Shown piece after piece: positions 28,987-39,477 of a stretch of DNA of 64,000 nt (positions are counted from its first letter, which is position 1; every line of letters starts with the position of its first letter). The notes under the pieces are model-generated. The model worked only from the letters and a program-made list of their open reading frames with translations, searched no databases and was not told the origin of the DNA. The stretch spans positions 598,229-662,228 of the forward strand of contig BOLA01000001.1 of NCBI GenBank assembly GCA_016861265.1, written 5' to 3'. This stretch comes from Patescibacteria group bacterium (GTDB lineage: Bacteria; Patescibacteriota; Dojkabacteria; J137). Both the position numbers and the translations under genes were made by a program.

Positions 28987-29907
28987 ATGAAAATAAAAAC
29001 AATGTTTATGGGAAGTGGGGAATTTGCAGTTCCAATACTTGATTCACTCCTAAAAAATGACTTAATAGATTTAGTTTGTGTTATTACGCAGCCCGACAAG
29101 CCTGTTGGCAGAAAGCAGGTATTTACCCCAACACCAGTTGGCGAATTTTTGCAAAAGAATTCCATAAAAGTAGTCTGCGAAACTCCGGCAAAAATTCGCA
29201 TTGAAGCCGAAGATTTACTAAATAAGTATCAGCCCGAGTTAATAATAGTAGCATCCTATGCTCAAATAATTCCTGAAACCATATTAAATTATCCTAAATA
29301 CAAAGCACTAAATTTACACGGATCTTTGCTTCCTGAATTGCGAGGTGCCGTTCCTGTTCAAATGTCAATTTTAAACGGATTAGAAAGAACTGGAGTAACA
29401 ATTCAGAGAATGGTTTACGAAATGGATGCAGGTCCAATAGTTGGCAAAAAAGAGATTGAACTCGATAAAACCGAGACTACGGATATATTAATGGACAAAT
29501 TGGCACATCTGGGTGCAGCTTTGCTTACTGACATACTTCCGAAATGGATAAATGGCCAGATTCAAGAAATACCGCAAAATGAATCAGATTCTACTTATTG
29601 TTACAAAGACGATATCTCAAAAAACAAAGCCGAAATAACATTTGAAACTGACTTGGATACAGCAGAAAGAATGATTCGAGCATTTTATCCTTGGCCAGTA
29701 GCCTGGATAAAGTATCAAGGTAAAATGGTAAAAATCTTTTCAGGAATAGTAAGCGACCTTAAAGAAAACTCCTCAGAGTTAAAATTTATCAAAAAGGACA
29801 AGAAGTTATTCCTCGTATTGCAAACCGGATGCATAGAAGTTTTAGAGTTACAAATAGAAGGAAAGAACAGAGATAGTTTTAAAAATTATTTATTCTTATC
29901 TGCCTGA
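28987..29907 (+). CDS. fmt: methionyl-tRNA formyltransferase
   Basis: N-terminal formyltransferase fold (VFMGSGEFAVPILDSLL...VCVITQPDKPVGRKQ) and a C-terminal Fmt domain. Divergent from ileS. Confidence 0.9.
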   Translation: MKIKTMFMGSGEFAVPILDSLLKNDLIDLVCVITQPDKPVGRKQVFTPTPVGEFLQKNSIKVVCETPAKIRIEAEDLLNKYQPELIIVASYAQIIPETILNYPKYKALNLHGSLLPELRGAVPVQMSILNGLERTGVTIQRMVYEMDAGPIVGKKEIELDKTETTDILMDKLAHLGAALLTDILPKWINGQIQEIPQNESDSTYCYKDDISKNKAEITFETDLDTAERMIRAFYPWPVAWIKYQGKMVKIFSGIVSDLKENSSELKFIKKDKKLFLVLQTGCIEVLELQIEGKNRDSFKNYLFLSA

Positions 29908-30143
29908 AATTGGGCATATCTTTCTACTATGTAAGGTTCAGGAAAGCTTTCTATTGCTTTCTTATAATATTCATCGGCCTTTGCATATGCTCCTAAGCCC
30001 TCTTGGTCTGTGGCAAGTTTATAGTAACCAGCAGCCCTAGTTTTGGGAATTCCAATTAAAAGCATATAAATAATAAATGCAAAACCTAGTACCACAGAAA
30101 CAATTATTGGTTTTATAAGATTTTTAAGCGGTTGTAATCTCAT
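29886..30143 (-). CDS. small bitopic membrane protein with a TPR-like helical tail
   Basis: TM (IIVSVVLGFAFIIYMLLIGI) then an AGYYKLATDQEGLGAYAKADEYYKKAIESFPEPY helix pair. Overlaps both neighbouring genes by about 20 nt. Confidence 0.35.
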   Translation of the reverse strand: MRLQPLKNLIKPIIVSVVLGFAFIIYMLLIGIPKTRAAGYYKLATDQEGLGAYAKADEYYKKAIESFPEPYIVERYAQFQADKNK

Positions 30144-31230
30144 GGTTTCTATTGTTGCCTAGAAAATTTCTCCTATAAATATCTACCAGTGTTAGGGATA
30201 ATACAAATAACACCGGACCATATAATATTCCAAGGAAGCCAAACATGGCAATACCGCCAAGTACGCTAAACACAGCTGCTAATGGGTGTATATTTACAGC
30301 TCCTTTCATTAGTCTTGGTCTAAAGGTGGTATCGATTACATTAATAATAATTGCGCTGTAAATAATTAATAATGCACCAAGAACTATTTGTGTCGAATTT
30401 CCTGAGGAAATCCCCCCGATAATAATAGCAACTCCTACCGGAGCCCATACCAAACCTGAGCCTATAGGTACAATAGATAGTAAGACCATGATTAACCATA
30501 GTAGTACAGGTGCACCAACGCCCATCAACATTAAAGGAATAAGTACTGCAGTTGCTTGCAATATTGCTACAATAAGTGTTCCTTTTAGCACACCCTTTGT
30601 CGTCTGTCTTAATTTCTCAAATATTAATGTGTCTACTTCATCATCCAGTGGAGAAACTTTCTTGAATATCTGGGGCAATTTATCAAACATTGGGAATAAA
30701 TAGCTTAACGAAAGTACTAAGAGGAATAAATTAAATAAGATTTTTCCGCTTAAAGAAAGTATCTGGGAAGCTATCGGTAGTAATTGATTTCTTAAACTTG
30801 TTGCCAGATCAATTAGAATAACTCTAAGTTCTAATTGAGACAGTTCAAAGCCGGTTGATTTTAGAATATTGTTATTAATATTAATAATGGTATTGTTTAT
30901 TGAGCTTTCTAGGTTGCCCACAATGCTGAATAAATTTCCCGAGTCAGAAAGATTCTTAATTTCGTTAATTGTTAAAAGAAGAATTATTACCAAAGGGATA
31001 ATTACGCAAACAAGGGTAACTATAATCGACAGTAGTGTACTTAAACCCGCACTTTTTGTTTTTCTATAAATAAATCTGTAAAAAGGATGAAATATTTGAA
31101 CAATAATTAAAGAAATAATTATTATATTAAAATATGGCGAAAAAAGATTAAAAGTTATTAGTCCCAGTGCAACCATTAACAAGAGAAAAAATATTGTAGG
31201 GATTTCTAAATTTGAGATTGTTTTCTTCAT
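30124..31230 (-). CDS. AI-2E family transporter (UPF0118/PerM-like permease)
   Basis: Eight predicted TM segments and the characteristic C-terminal core (IVPIGSGLVWAPVGVAIIIGG...). Confidence 0.75.
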   Translation of the reverse strand: MKKTISNLEIPTIFFLLLMVALGLITFNLFSPYFNIIIISLIIVQIFHPFYRFIYRKTKSAGLSTLLSIIVTLVCVIIPLVIILLLTINEIKNLSDSGNLFSIVGNLESSINNTIININNNILKSTGFELSQLELRVILIDLATSLRNQLLPIASQILSLSGKILFNLFLLVLSLSYLFPMFDKLPQIFKKVSPLDDEVDTLIFEKLRQTTKGVLKGTLIVAILQATAVLIPLMLMGVGAPVLLWLIMVLLSIVPIGSGLVWAPVGVAIIIGGISSGNSTQIVLGALLIIYSAIIINVIDTTFRPRLMKGAVNIHPLAAVFSVLGGIAMFGFLGILYGPVLFVLSLTLVDIYRRNFLGNNRNHEITTA

Positions 31231-31335
31231 TTATTTTTTATAACAGAATTAAGCTAATGATAATGTAGAGTAGAGCAATAGTAAATAGCAATACCCTTAT
31301 TAAATGAGTAGCAAACAAGAAATAATTCTTGTATT

Positions 31336-34300
31336 ATGAAAAGTGTATCAATAATAGTTACTATAGTAATGAACTCACCCCTACTAAGTTATAAAAAAAG
31401 AAAAAAACGAAATCGAAATATTATTCTTTCTAGTATAGTAATCACTTTTCTTTCTATAGCTATTTTCTCAAGATTATTCGCGGCCACAAGTATAAGTTGG
31501 AATTTTGATGTCGCAGAAGATTATTTATCCTCAGATAACAACAAGGTTCAAATTAATAACGGAGATGTAACTTTAAAACAAGTCGTTACAAACCTATCTG
31601 AAGATACAGATATCGAATTTAATGATGGAGAACATATTAATACAATGTCTTCAAATAATAAATTGACATTAGGGGGAACTAAATCTCCCGTTCCCTCAAA
31701 TTCGTCTGGACTTGTTGCGCAATATAGGGCTGAGAACAATTGGGATAATGAAAAGGGTACCGGTAGTGTATCTGTTGTGGGATCACCAACCTTTGTGGCA
31801 GGGCAGATAGGTACAGGGGTAAGTTTTGACGGTACTGATGATCAGGCAATCGTTAATTCTAATTTTGGTCTTACCACCACAAATATTTCTGTTGAGTTAT
31901 GGGTTAACCTAGATTCAATCTCAGAAAACGGATCATTTGTGAAAATTGGTGGAACGGGAAATGGTGGAATTGCTGTCGGGGTAGGTTCAACTACATTCTT
32001 AGATGGTGGTAATAATCTGATTCTTTTATATGAGGGAGTTCGATGGATTAATACAAATGTAAGGATTGGAACAGGCTGGCACCATATTGTAATGGTGGTT
32101 AATAGCTCCGGAGTTCCTTCCGCATATATAGATGGACGTCTGATTGGAACCTTTGCCGGTACTAATGCAATTGCCCCTGTAAACAACAATGTTTATATTG
32201 GAGGTTATTTCGCTTCAGGTGCTAGGTTTGCTGATGCAATCATAGACGAAGTATCGATATATAATATTGATTTAAGTGGGTCGCAGATATTTCAAAATTA
32301 CCAGAAAGGAGCCGCACTCATAGGAGAGTATACTTCTAGTGTAATTGATTCCAATGCAACGGATGGAGTGCCGTGGGATTCCTTAAATTGGATACCTAGT
32401 GGCCCCTATGGAGTTGAACTCCCAAATAATATGCAAACTGAAACAACTTACCCAACCGGTAATGTAGATATGAGTGGAAATCTTGCTCTTTGGCATTTCA
32501 ATAATAACGGACAAGATAGTAGTGGTAATAATAGAAATGGGACTTTGGCAGGCAACGCTCAATATGTAACCACTTCTAAATTTGGTAGTCACTCAGCTTC
32601 TTTCGACGGAGCTGGAGATTATGTTTCTTTAGGCAATAATGCATTAGGTAATTTAGGGAATTTTACACTTTCTGCATGGATTAAAACTCCAGACACAAAT
32701 ACCTCCAGATATATTCTCACTGAATTCAGACCAAGCTGCGGTGATGCAATTTGGTATATTGATGCAAATGGTATTCCTACGTATATAGATGGTGCAGTAA
32801 CATTAAATAGTGGAGGTACGAGTGTAGAGGATAATAAATGGCATCATATTGTTTACGTATATGGTGGAACCTATGGGAAGCATTACATCGATGGAGTTCC
32901 TCAGCCAAACTCCACCGGAGCAATTTGGAGAAGCACTTGCAGTGCTGCTGACGTAAGAATAGGAATTGATGCGCAAGGAGCAGGATCATTTTTAGGTAAT
33001 ATTGATGAATTAGCAGTATTCAATAGGGCATTAACCCAAGAGGAAGTATCAGCGATATATAACCGTGGTGGGCAAACAGTTAAATACCAAGTGAGAAGCT
33101 GCAACGATAACCTATGCGATGGGGAAAATTTTATAGGTCCTGACGGATCACCAAATACTTACTACTCAATAGAAAAAAATCAGGTTACTTCAAATCCATC
33201 CATAGAATTCTCTAATTTAAACAACAACAGATATTTTCAATATAAAGTAACATTAGAGGCCCATACACAAAATGCGCTTCCGACTATAGGTTCAATAAAT
33301 TTATCTTACGAAAGTTATGCAACTGATAATCCGTATGTAAACCCTGTTTCCTCCATAGACTTGGGCGGCATTCCAAAAACAATTTCTAAATTTTGTGAAG
33401 GCACTCTTAATGGTTCAAATGAATGTACTACAACAAGTGTAAAGCCATTGGGTACGGAAATTCATTATCAAATTTGTAATGATTTAGTCTCTAACTGCGA
33501 TATAAACAATACATGGAAGTACTGGGACGGTGATAGTTGGGAAAACGCAGATAATACAGAATTCAATACTGCCTCTGACGTTTCAAGTAATATCGAGCAG
33601 TTCATTCCTTCTTCAAGATATTTATCGTTTAAATCATTCTTAAGTTCAGGAGGCAATTCTACACCAACACTAAAAGATGTTTCGGTCTCCGCTACTTTAG
33701 ATGGAATCCCACCAGTAACGAATGCATCAAATATTCATTCAAATGGTTACAACAGTAATGACTGGATAAGAAATAAACCCTTAATAGAATGGAGTGAAGG
33801 AGAAGATGATCAAGAAGGGGTAGGTCTTCTGGGTTACTGTGTGGCACTAGACGAATCTAACCTGGGAAGTAGTCAGAATTTAAACCCTTCAACAAGCGCT
33901 GGAGTTTTACAGAGTCTAGATGATGGAGTTTCTCAACAATATTGTCCATACATTGTTACGGGTACAAGCATTAATTTGAATTCAATTCAGGGGCTGAATC
34001 TAGTTACAAATAAACAATATAATTTTTCAATTAAGGCGGTTGATATTTCCGGCAATATTTGGAATGGAAGCAGCGAGGATTATCAAGACTTATTTACATT
34101 CCGATATGATGGTACTGCACCTAATAATCCTGCTTTTATTTCAATGCCAAGTAATTTTATACAAAGTAAGGATGTAACAATAACCTGGCCAACGGAAGGA
34201 GCAAATGGTGCAAGCGATGTAGGTTCGGGATTGGCCGGATTACAATATAGGATAGGGCAGAATGGTGTATGGTATGGAGATCTTCACAATGGCAATCAAG

Positions 34301-36312
34301 ATTTAACAGATTTACTTGTTAATGATGGTACATATACAACAAACCCGGAAGTAGATTACGAGAATTTAATAGACGGGTCGAACATAATTTACTTTAGAAC
34401 AGTGGATAATGCAGGAAACTATTCGATCTCTAATGTAACTGGTGTGTTAAAGATAAATACAACTGCCCCTAACCAGGTTCAGAATTTGCAAGTGAATCCA
34501 AGCGATAATATTGTTAATTCTTATTCCTTTAATTGGAGTGTTCCCGATACATTCATAGGTGAAGCCAGTGGATTAACCTATTGCTATACCGTAAATACAT
34601 TGCCAAACGGGAATAATTGCACATATACAGCAGCCGGAATAACAACTATTCCAAGCGATGCATTTGCAACTCAGCCTGGAACAAACAACTTTTATGTAGT
34701 GGCAAAAGATGAAGCGGGGAATATAAATTACGATACATATTCAAGCATCCAGTTTACGTATTCAGGGGAAGCTCCTGGAATACCATTGAATGTTGATGTT
34801 GCAGACATATCTACTAAAGAGACCCAAGACTGGAAGTTAGCAGTAACCTGGGCCGTACCTACAAATGCCGGAGCAGGAGTTAGTAGTTATAAAGTTTACA
34901 GATCATCAGTAGAAAATGCGGCTTGTAATTCAAACATGAATAACTTTAGTCAGGTAAGTAGTGTAGCAGGAACATCGTTTATCGATACAGGCTTAGAGCA
35001 GCAAGACTATTACTATTGTGTAAAAGCATGTGACAGTGCGAATAATTGTTCCGCTGTATCAAGTACTAAAGTAAAATATCCAACAGGTAAATATACTTCG
35101 CCGGCGAACCTAGTATCGGGTCCAGAACTGAATGCGGTAACAACAAAGAAGGCAGTAATTAGTTGGGTTACTGATAGAAGAAGTGATTCAAAAATACAGA
35201 TAGGGCTATCTAGTAACGACTACTTTGAGGCAGAAAGTGCAGTTTCAGCACAGGTAACATCACATACGGTGACCCTTGATAATCTAGCTGCAGGAACAAC
35301 ATATTATTATCGAGCTAAGTGGACTGACGAGGATGGCAACACCGGAATAAGTGAAGAGAAATCTTTCACTACAAACCCACCTCCAAGTATTGTTTCCACA
35401 AATGTGACTAATATTGGAATTAATAGCGCTTTACTTCAATTAAGAGTGAGTGGAGCAACAAAAGCAACAATACTATACGGCATTGAAAGTAATTTTAACC
35501 TAGTAAAGGAGGTCTTAACTTCTTTCACAGAGAGTAGTTATACAATTCCACTAGAAGATCTAAATGATAATTCTAGATATACATATAGAATAAGATTGTC
35601 AGATATCGAAGGCGCAGAATACTTAAATCTAGAGACTAATGAATTCACTACCTTACCAAGGCCTACGGTAAGTAATATTGAAATTGAGGAAATTAAAAAT
35701 GTTGCACAGCCTACTGTGAAGGTAAACTGGACCTCAAATACTGAGATTTCCTCCATAGTTACTTTCTATCCATCAAACTCAGAAGATCAGGCTAGAGATT
35801 CAATTAACTTAGATTTAGTAAAAGAGCATCAATTAGAATTATCCGGATTAATGGCAAACACTAGATATGTTTTGATTGTAAAAGGTATTGATAAATTCGG
35901 AAACGAAGCAATTTCTTCACCTCAGTTGTTTAATACTGCTACAGATACAAGACCGCCAAGAATATTTAATGTAAAGGTTGAAGCGGTAAATCCCGACAGC
36001 AGTGAAAATACATCACAAATAATTGTAAGTTGGGAAACTGACGAGTTATCTACCAGTCAAGTAGAGTACGGAGAAGGTACTAACGGAGGCTATTCTCAAT
36101 CCACCCAAATAGACAAAGGTTTAGGTTACAAGCACGTTGTAATAATTACGAATCTAAAGCCTGCAAGCGTGTACCATCTAAAGGCAATTAGTGAGGATAA
36201 TAGTAAGAATACGAGCGAGACGGGGAATATAGTAACAATAACTCCAAAGCAGCAAGAGAAGGCCTTTGACATTGTACTTAAGGGCTTAGGAGATATTTTT
36301 AGTTTCCTGTAA
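31336..36312 (+). CDS. giant (1658 aa) secreted surface protein with two LamG/concanavalin-A-like lectin domains and multiple fibronectin-III / purple-acid-phosphatase-N-like beta-sandwich repeats
   Basis: Signal peptide with a basic n-region (KKRKKRNRN) and an LFA|AT cleavage-like site. LamG_3-like blocks (DGTDDQAIVNS...ISVELWVNLD...GWHHIVMVVN; FDGAGDYVSLGNNALGNLGNFTLSAWIK...KWHHIVYVYGG). FN3/PAP-N-like blocks (WVTDRRSDSKIQIGL...TTYYYRAKWTDEDGN). A possible alternative start lies 11 codons downstream. Confidence 0.7.
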   Translation: MKSVSIIVTIVMNSPLLSYKKRKKRNRNIILSSIVITFLSIAIFSRLFAATSISWNFDVAEDYLSSDNNKVQINNGDVTLKQVVTNLSEDTDIEFNDGEHINTMSSNNKLTLGGTKSPVPSNSSGLVAQYRAENNWDNEKGTGSVSVVGSPTFVAGQIGTGVSFDGTDDQAIVNSNFGLTTTNISVELWVNLDSISENGSFVKIGGTGNGGIAVGVGSTTFLDGGNNLILLYEGVRWINTNVRIGTGWHHIVMVVNSSGVPSAYIDGRLIGTFAGTNAIAPVNNNVYIGGYFASGARFADAIIDEVSIYNIDLSGSQIFQNYQKGAALIGEYTSSVIDSNATDGVPWDSLNWIPSGPYGVELPNNMQTETTYPTGNVDMSGNLALWHFNNNGQDSSGNNRNGTLAGNAQYVTTSKFGSHSASFDGAGDYVSLGNNALGNLGNFTLSAWIKTPDTNTSRYILTEFRPSCGDAIWYIDANGIPTYIDGAVTLNSGGTSVEDNKWHHIVYVYGGTYGKHYIDGVPQPNSTGAIWRSTCSAADVRIGIDAQGAGSFLGNIDELAVFNRALTQEEVSAIYNRGGQTVKYQVRSCNDNLCDGENFIGPDGSPNTYYSIEKNQVTSNPSIEFSNLNNNRYFQYKVTLEAHTQNALPTIGSINLSYESYATDNPYVNPVSSIDLGGIPKTISKFCEGTLNGSNECTTTSVKPLGTEIHYQICNDLVSNCDINNTWKYWDGDSWENADNTEFNTASDVSSNIEQFIPSSRYLSFKSFLSSGGNSTPTLKDVSVSATLDGIPPVTNASNIHSNGYNSNDWIRNKPLIEWSEGEDDQEGVGLLGYCVALDESNLGSSQNLNPSTSAGVLQSLDDGVSQQYCPYIVTGTSINLNSIQGLNLVTNKQYNFSIKAVDISGNIWNGSSEDYQDLFTFRYDGTAPNNPAFISMPSNFIQSKDVTITWPTEGANGASDVGSGLAGLQYRIGQNGVWYGDLHNGNQDLTDLLVNDGTYTTNPEVDYENLIDGSNIIYFRTVDNAGNYSISNVTGVLKINTTAPNQVQNLQVNPSDNIVNSYSFNWSVPDTFIGEASGLTYCYTVNTLPNGNNCTYTAAGITTIPSDAFATQPGTNNFYVVAKDEAGNINYDTYSSIQFTYSGEAPGIPLNVDVADISTKETQDWKLAVTWAVPTNAGAGVSSYKVYRSSVENAACNSNMNNFSQVSSVAGTSFIDTGLEQQDYYYCVKACDSANNCSAVSSTKVKYPTGKYTSPANLVSGPELNAVTTKKAVISWVTDRRSDSKIQIGLSSNDYFEAESAVSAQVTSHTVTLDNLAAGTTYYYRAKWTDEDGNTGISEEKSFTTNPPPSIVSTNVTNIGINSALLQLRVSGATKATILYGIESNFNLVKEVLTSFTESSYTIPLEDLNDNSRYTYRIRLSDIEGAEYLNLETNEFTTLPRPTVSNIEIEEIKNVAQPTVKVNWTSNTEISSIVTFYPSNSEDQARDSINLDLVKEHQLELSGLMANTRYVLIVKGIDKFGNEAISSPQLFNTATDTRPPRIFNVKVEAVNPDSSENTSQIIVSWETDELSTSQVEYGEGTNGGYSQSTQIDKGLGYKHVVIITNLKPASVYHLKAISEDNSKNTSETGNIVTITPKQQEKAFDIVLKGLGDIFSFL

Positions 36313-36354
36313 ATTTTAATGAAATATATTTCTAATTTTATAGAATAGTTGGTA

Positions 36355-38643
36355 ATGAATAATCCAATCATAGAAGTAAAAAATGTTTTTAAAGGATATA
36401 GAGTAACGCCTAGCGATGTTCTAGTTCTAAAGGATGTTAGTTTACAGATTAATAAGGGAGAATTCATTGTAATCTTTGGACCCTCAGGGAGCGGCAAATC
36501 CACCTTATTGAATATAGTAATGGGATTAGAAAAACCTACTAAGGGTAAGATAACTTTTAAAGGTGTCGAAATCTCCACTTCTACCGAAGATGAGCTTGCG
36601 GAATTTAGGAAGAGAAATATTGGTATCGTTTATCAGCAATCCTATTGGGTAAAATCATTAAATGTAGTTGAAAATGTTGCGTTACCGTTAATTCTAAGAG
36701 GAATAGAGAAGCAGACTGCAGAAGCAAGTGCACTTACTTTATTGAATTCACTCGGAATGAAGGAATGGGCTACTTATCACCCACACGAGCTTTCTTCGGG
36801 CCAACAGCAAAAGGTATCCTTGGCCAGAGCTTTAATTACAAATCCTGAAATTATTATTGCGGATGAACCTACAGGAAATCTTGACTATAGAAGCGGACAG
36901 CTTATTACTTCTTATTTAAAAAAACTGGCTGAATCAGGAAAGACTGTTATTATGGTTACTCATAATCTGGATAATTTAGATTATGCAGAAAGAGTAATAA
37001 ATATTTTTGATGGAAGAATCGCAGACGATTTTAAATTAAATACTAGTAATCTAGATGAAGTTAAAAAAGCCCTAATCACTGAAAAAGCTCATGGAAGTGT
37101 CCAAGATGACTATGGAGTTAAAAAAGAGTTGGATGTTCTAATAACAGGGCAAACAAAGCTATACGAGGATATAAATAGGGACAAAGGTTTAGGTAGAGTA
37201 CTTAGAAATTTAAAACATATAATTACTTCTATCTTTTTAGGAGTTTTGCTAGTAATTTATAAATTTATAGATGCCTTCCTTGGTATAAGGTTAATGCCTT
37301 CTTTTATACAGAGTCTAAGATCCCCGATTTCAAATCTTTTTAGAGGGGTTGTTAATTCCATTGATCAAAATAAAGAAAGTATAAGTTACTTTGATATTTT
37401 TAATTTGTCGCTTAAAACTTTATTCTCAAAAAAGAATAGAACGGCTGTTACCATAGGAGGAATTGCATTCGGAATAGGGTTTACTGCGTTCTTAATATCA
37501 ATTGGGTATGGTTTGGAGCAACTTGTGATATCTAGATCGGCCCAACTCGAGCAACTAAGACAGATTGAAGTTTATCCACCCTTAGGTGAAAGTATTACAA
37601 TTAATGATGCCTCTATAGCAACAATTAAATCAATTAACCAAGTTGAGAAGGTCCTTCCAGTTATTAATGCAGCAGGAAAGGTGAATTATCAAAATTCTAA
37701 CATTGATGTTGTTGTTTATGGAGTTCAATCTGATTACCTCCGATTATCAGACTCTGTACTGGTATCGGGAGATTACTTTAAGAGTAATTCGAATACCAAG
37801 TTAGATATTCCAGTATCTGCACCAGTTTCCATGCCCGTAGGCGCGGAATCCAGTTCTTCACTTGAACGCAAGGCCGTTGTTAATATTGCATTCTTAAATT
37901 TAATTGGATTAGACTTTAATTCTGCTGTGGGCAAACAGTTTAAGTTAGGCTATATTCCCGTTAATAATCTAGAAGGATCAAATTCAAATGTATTATTCAA
38001 TTATGATTATGAAATTTCTGGAGTATTATCCACAGATGAATCTCCCGTGATATATACACCAATCGACGAAATTAAAAAGGCGGGCATAAATAACTATTCT
38101 CAAATTAGGATTGTGACTTCTGATCAATCTCAAGTCTTTTCAATAAGACAACAACTGAATGTGCTGGGTTATAGAACAACCTCGGTTCAAGATACTATTG
38201 CACAAATTGAAGGCTTTTTTAGTACAGCCAGAATTATTTTTGCGGCGGTTGGACTTGTGGCTTTATTTGTGGGTTCGTTGGGAATGTTTAACACACTAAC
38301 AGTTTCATTACTGGAACGAACTAGAGAAGTAGGCCTGTTAAAGACAATGGGTATGAAATCAAAAGAAATTAGAGAAGTGTTCTTATCGGAGGCAATAATT
38401 ATGGGAGTTTATGGAGGAATAGTAGGTATTATTATCGGAATTGTGGGAGGGTATGTAATTTCATTTATAATCTCTACAATATCCATATTGAGGGGCTATG
38501 AAGGGTTAGTAATTACCTATCTTCCTTTTACAACGGCAGTAGGAATAATCTTGGTTTCGGCATTCACTGGTATTGCAACAGGATTCTATCCATCAAGAAG
38601 GGCAACAAAGATTTCTGCACTAGATGCATTAAGATATGAATAA
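36355..38643 (+). CDS. MacB-type ABC transporter with fused ATPase and FtsX-family permease
   Basis: Walker A ([16 protein letters not shown]), ABC signature ([15 protein letters not shown]), Walker B ([12 protein letters not shown]). A TM then a large extracytoplasmic domain, and C-terminal FtsX-type helices. A TTG at 36349 is an alternative start. Confidence 0.85.
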   Translation: MNNPIIEVKNVFKGYRVTPSDVLVLKDVSLQINKGEFIVIFGPSGSGKSTLLNIVMGLEKPTKGKITFKGVEISTSTEDELAEFRKRNIGIVYQQSYWVKSLNVVENVALPLILRGIEKQTAEASALTLLNSLGMKEWATYHPHELSSGQQQKVSLARALITNPEIIIADEPTGNLDYRSGQLITSYLKKLAESGKTVIMVTHNLDNLDYAERVINIFDGRIADDFKLNTSNLDEVKKALITEKAHGSVQDDYGVKKELDVLITGQTKLYEDINRDKGLGRVLRNLKHIITSIFLGVLLVIYKFIDAFLGIRLMPSFIQSLRSPISNLFRGVVNSIDQNKESISYFDIFNLSLKTLFSKKNRTAVTIGGIAFGIGFTAFLISIGYGLEQLVISRSAQLEQLRQIEVYPPLGESITINDASIATIKSINQVEKVLPVINAAGKVNYQNSNIDVVVYGVQSDYLRLSDSVLVSGDYFKSNSNTKLDIPVSAPVSMPVGAESSSSLERKAVVNIAFLNLIGLDFNSAVGKQFKLGYIPVNNLEGSNSNVLFNYDYEISGVLSTDESPVIYTPIDEIKKAGINNYSQIRIVTSDQSQVFSIRQQLNVLGYRTTSVQDTIAQIEGFFSTARIIFAAVGLVALFVGSLGMFNTLTVSLLERTREVGLLKTMGMKSKEIREVFLSEAIIMGVYGGIVGIIIGIVGGYVISFIISTISILRGYEGLVITYLPFTTAVGIILVSAFTGIATGFYPSRRATKISALDALRYE

Positions 38644-38704
38644 TAAGTATCGTGAGTTAGTAAACTCAGATGTTATAATCATATAAATATATCTTGGAGG
38701 ACAC

Positions 38705-38815
38705 ATGAGATTCCTTAAGCGTCTGCTGAGATACATTAGTGCTGTGGGGAATTGGGTTTTCATTGAACTCGATGATAACCGTTGGTCAGAAACAAGACCA
38801 TTTCCTAAGTTCTAA
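38705..38815 (+). CDS. candidate small protein (36 aa, MRFLKRLLRYISAVGNWVFIELDDNRWSETRPFPKF)
   Basis: Strong SD (GGAGG, 4-nt spacer) before the ATG, a TATAAT about 25 nt upstream and a terminator hairpin directly after. Below the ORF-track size cutoff. Confidence 0.35.
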   Translation: MRFLKRLLRYISAVGNWVFIELDDNRWSETRPFPKF

Positions 38816-38816
38816 T

Positions 38817-38850
38817 GGAAAAGGCAGCTGCAAAAAACAGCTGCCTTTTT
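38817..38850. terminator. rho-independent terminator (AAGGCAGCTG-CAAAAAA-CAGCTGCCTTTTT)
   Basis: Perfect 10-bp stem plus U-tract. Sits between the small ORF and tRNA-Asn. Confidence 0.7.
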
Positions 38851-38863
38851 AGTATTTAATAAA

Positions 38864-38935
38864 CTCCGATTGCTGGATTCGAACCAGCGACCAATCGCTT
38901 AACAGGCGAGCGCTCTACCGCTGAGCTAAATCGGA
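38864..38935 (-). tRNA. tRNA-Asn (anticodon GTT)
   Basis: The reverse complement folds as a cloverleaf: acceptor TCCGATT/AATCGGA, D-stem GCTC/GAGC, anticodon loop CTGTTAA (GUU), T-stem GCTGG/CCAGC with loop TTCGAAT, discriminator G. No CCA encoded. Confidence 0.85.
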
Positions 38936-39009
38936 ATGTGCTTTAAATTGCGTAGAATTATATCGAATACAAACATTCCTGTCTACGTTAATTGTAAACG
39001 GTGCGAGTA

Positions 39010-39354
39010 TTAATCGATGGACTTTTGTGCAGCTTTTTTGAAAGCCTTTAAAAGTTCAGTGGAGTTTTCTTTTAAAATATCTAATTGTTTAAGTATTTCC
39101 CTACTTGCTTTAGACACATCATCAACACGTTGTTTATATTCTTTCGATTTACTGTATTTATTCAAATTCTCATCAAGTTCTTGATAGTCTTCTTCTAGTT
39201 CACGAACAAATGCGTTTGCCTTTTTTGACAGATCCTCTGCTGTTGATCTTACCTTTTTCCTATTTTGTTCATCGGAAAGCATTGCAGCAATTCCTGCCGA
39301 TGCAGCTGCAAGGGTGCCTAAGATTACTGTCGCTTTTAGAATGTTTTTACTCAT
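39010..39354 (-). CDS. secreted or membrane-anchored coiled-coil protein (YtxH-like?)
   Basis: N-terminal signal/anchor (ILKATVILGTLAAASAGIAAM) then charged helical repeats. Confidence 0.45.
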   Translation of the reverse strand: MSKNILKATVILGTLAAASAGIAAMLSDEQNRKKVRSTAEDLSKKANAFVRELEEDYQELDENLNKYSKSKEYKQRVDDVSKASREILKQLDILKENSTELLKAFKKAAQKSID

Positions 39355-39429
39355 AATAATATTTTACGCAGTAATTTTTGTAAGCACAACAATAATAATG
39401 GGAATTTAATAAAATATTTGACAAGAGTA

Positions 39430-39477
39430 GGTATACCACGTATACCATAATAGTACTATTATTTAACTTGGTATACC
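39430..39477 (+). promoter_or_regulatory. putative LexA operators: a perfect palindrome GGTATAC-CAC-GTATACC (39430-39446) overlapping the lexA promoter, plus a GGTATACC half/second site abutting the start codon (39470-39477)
   Basis: Inverted repeat seen directly. TTGACA at 39417-39422 and a TATACC -10 lie inside the palindrome. This location is typical of autoregulated lexA. Confidence 0.5.
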
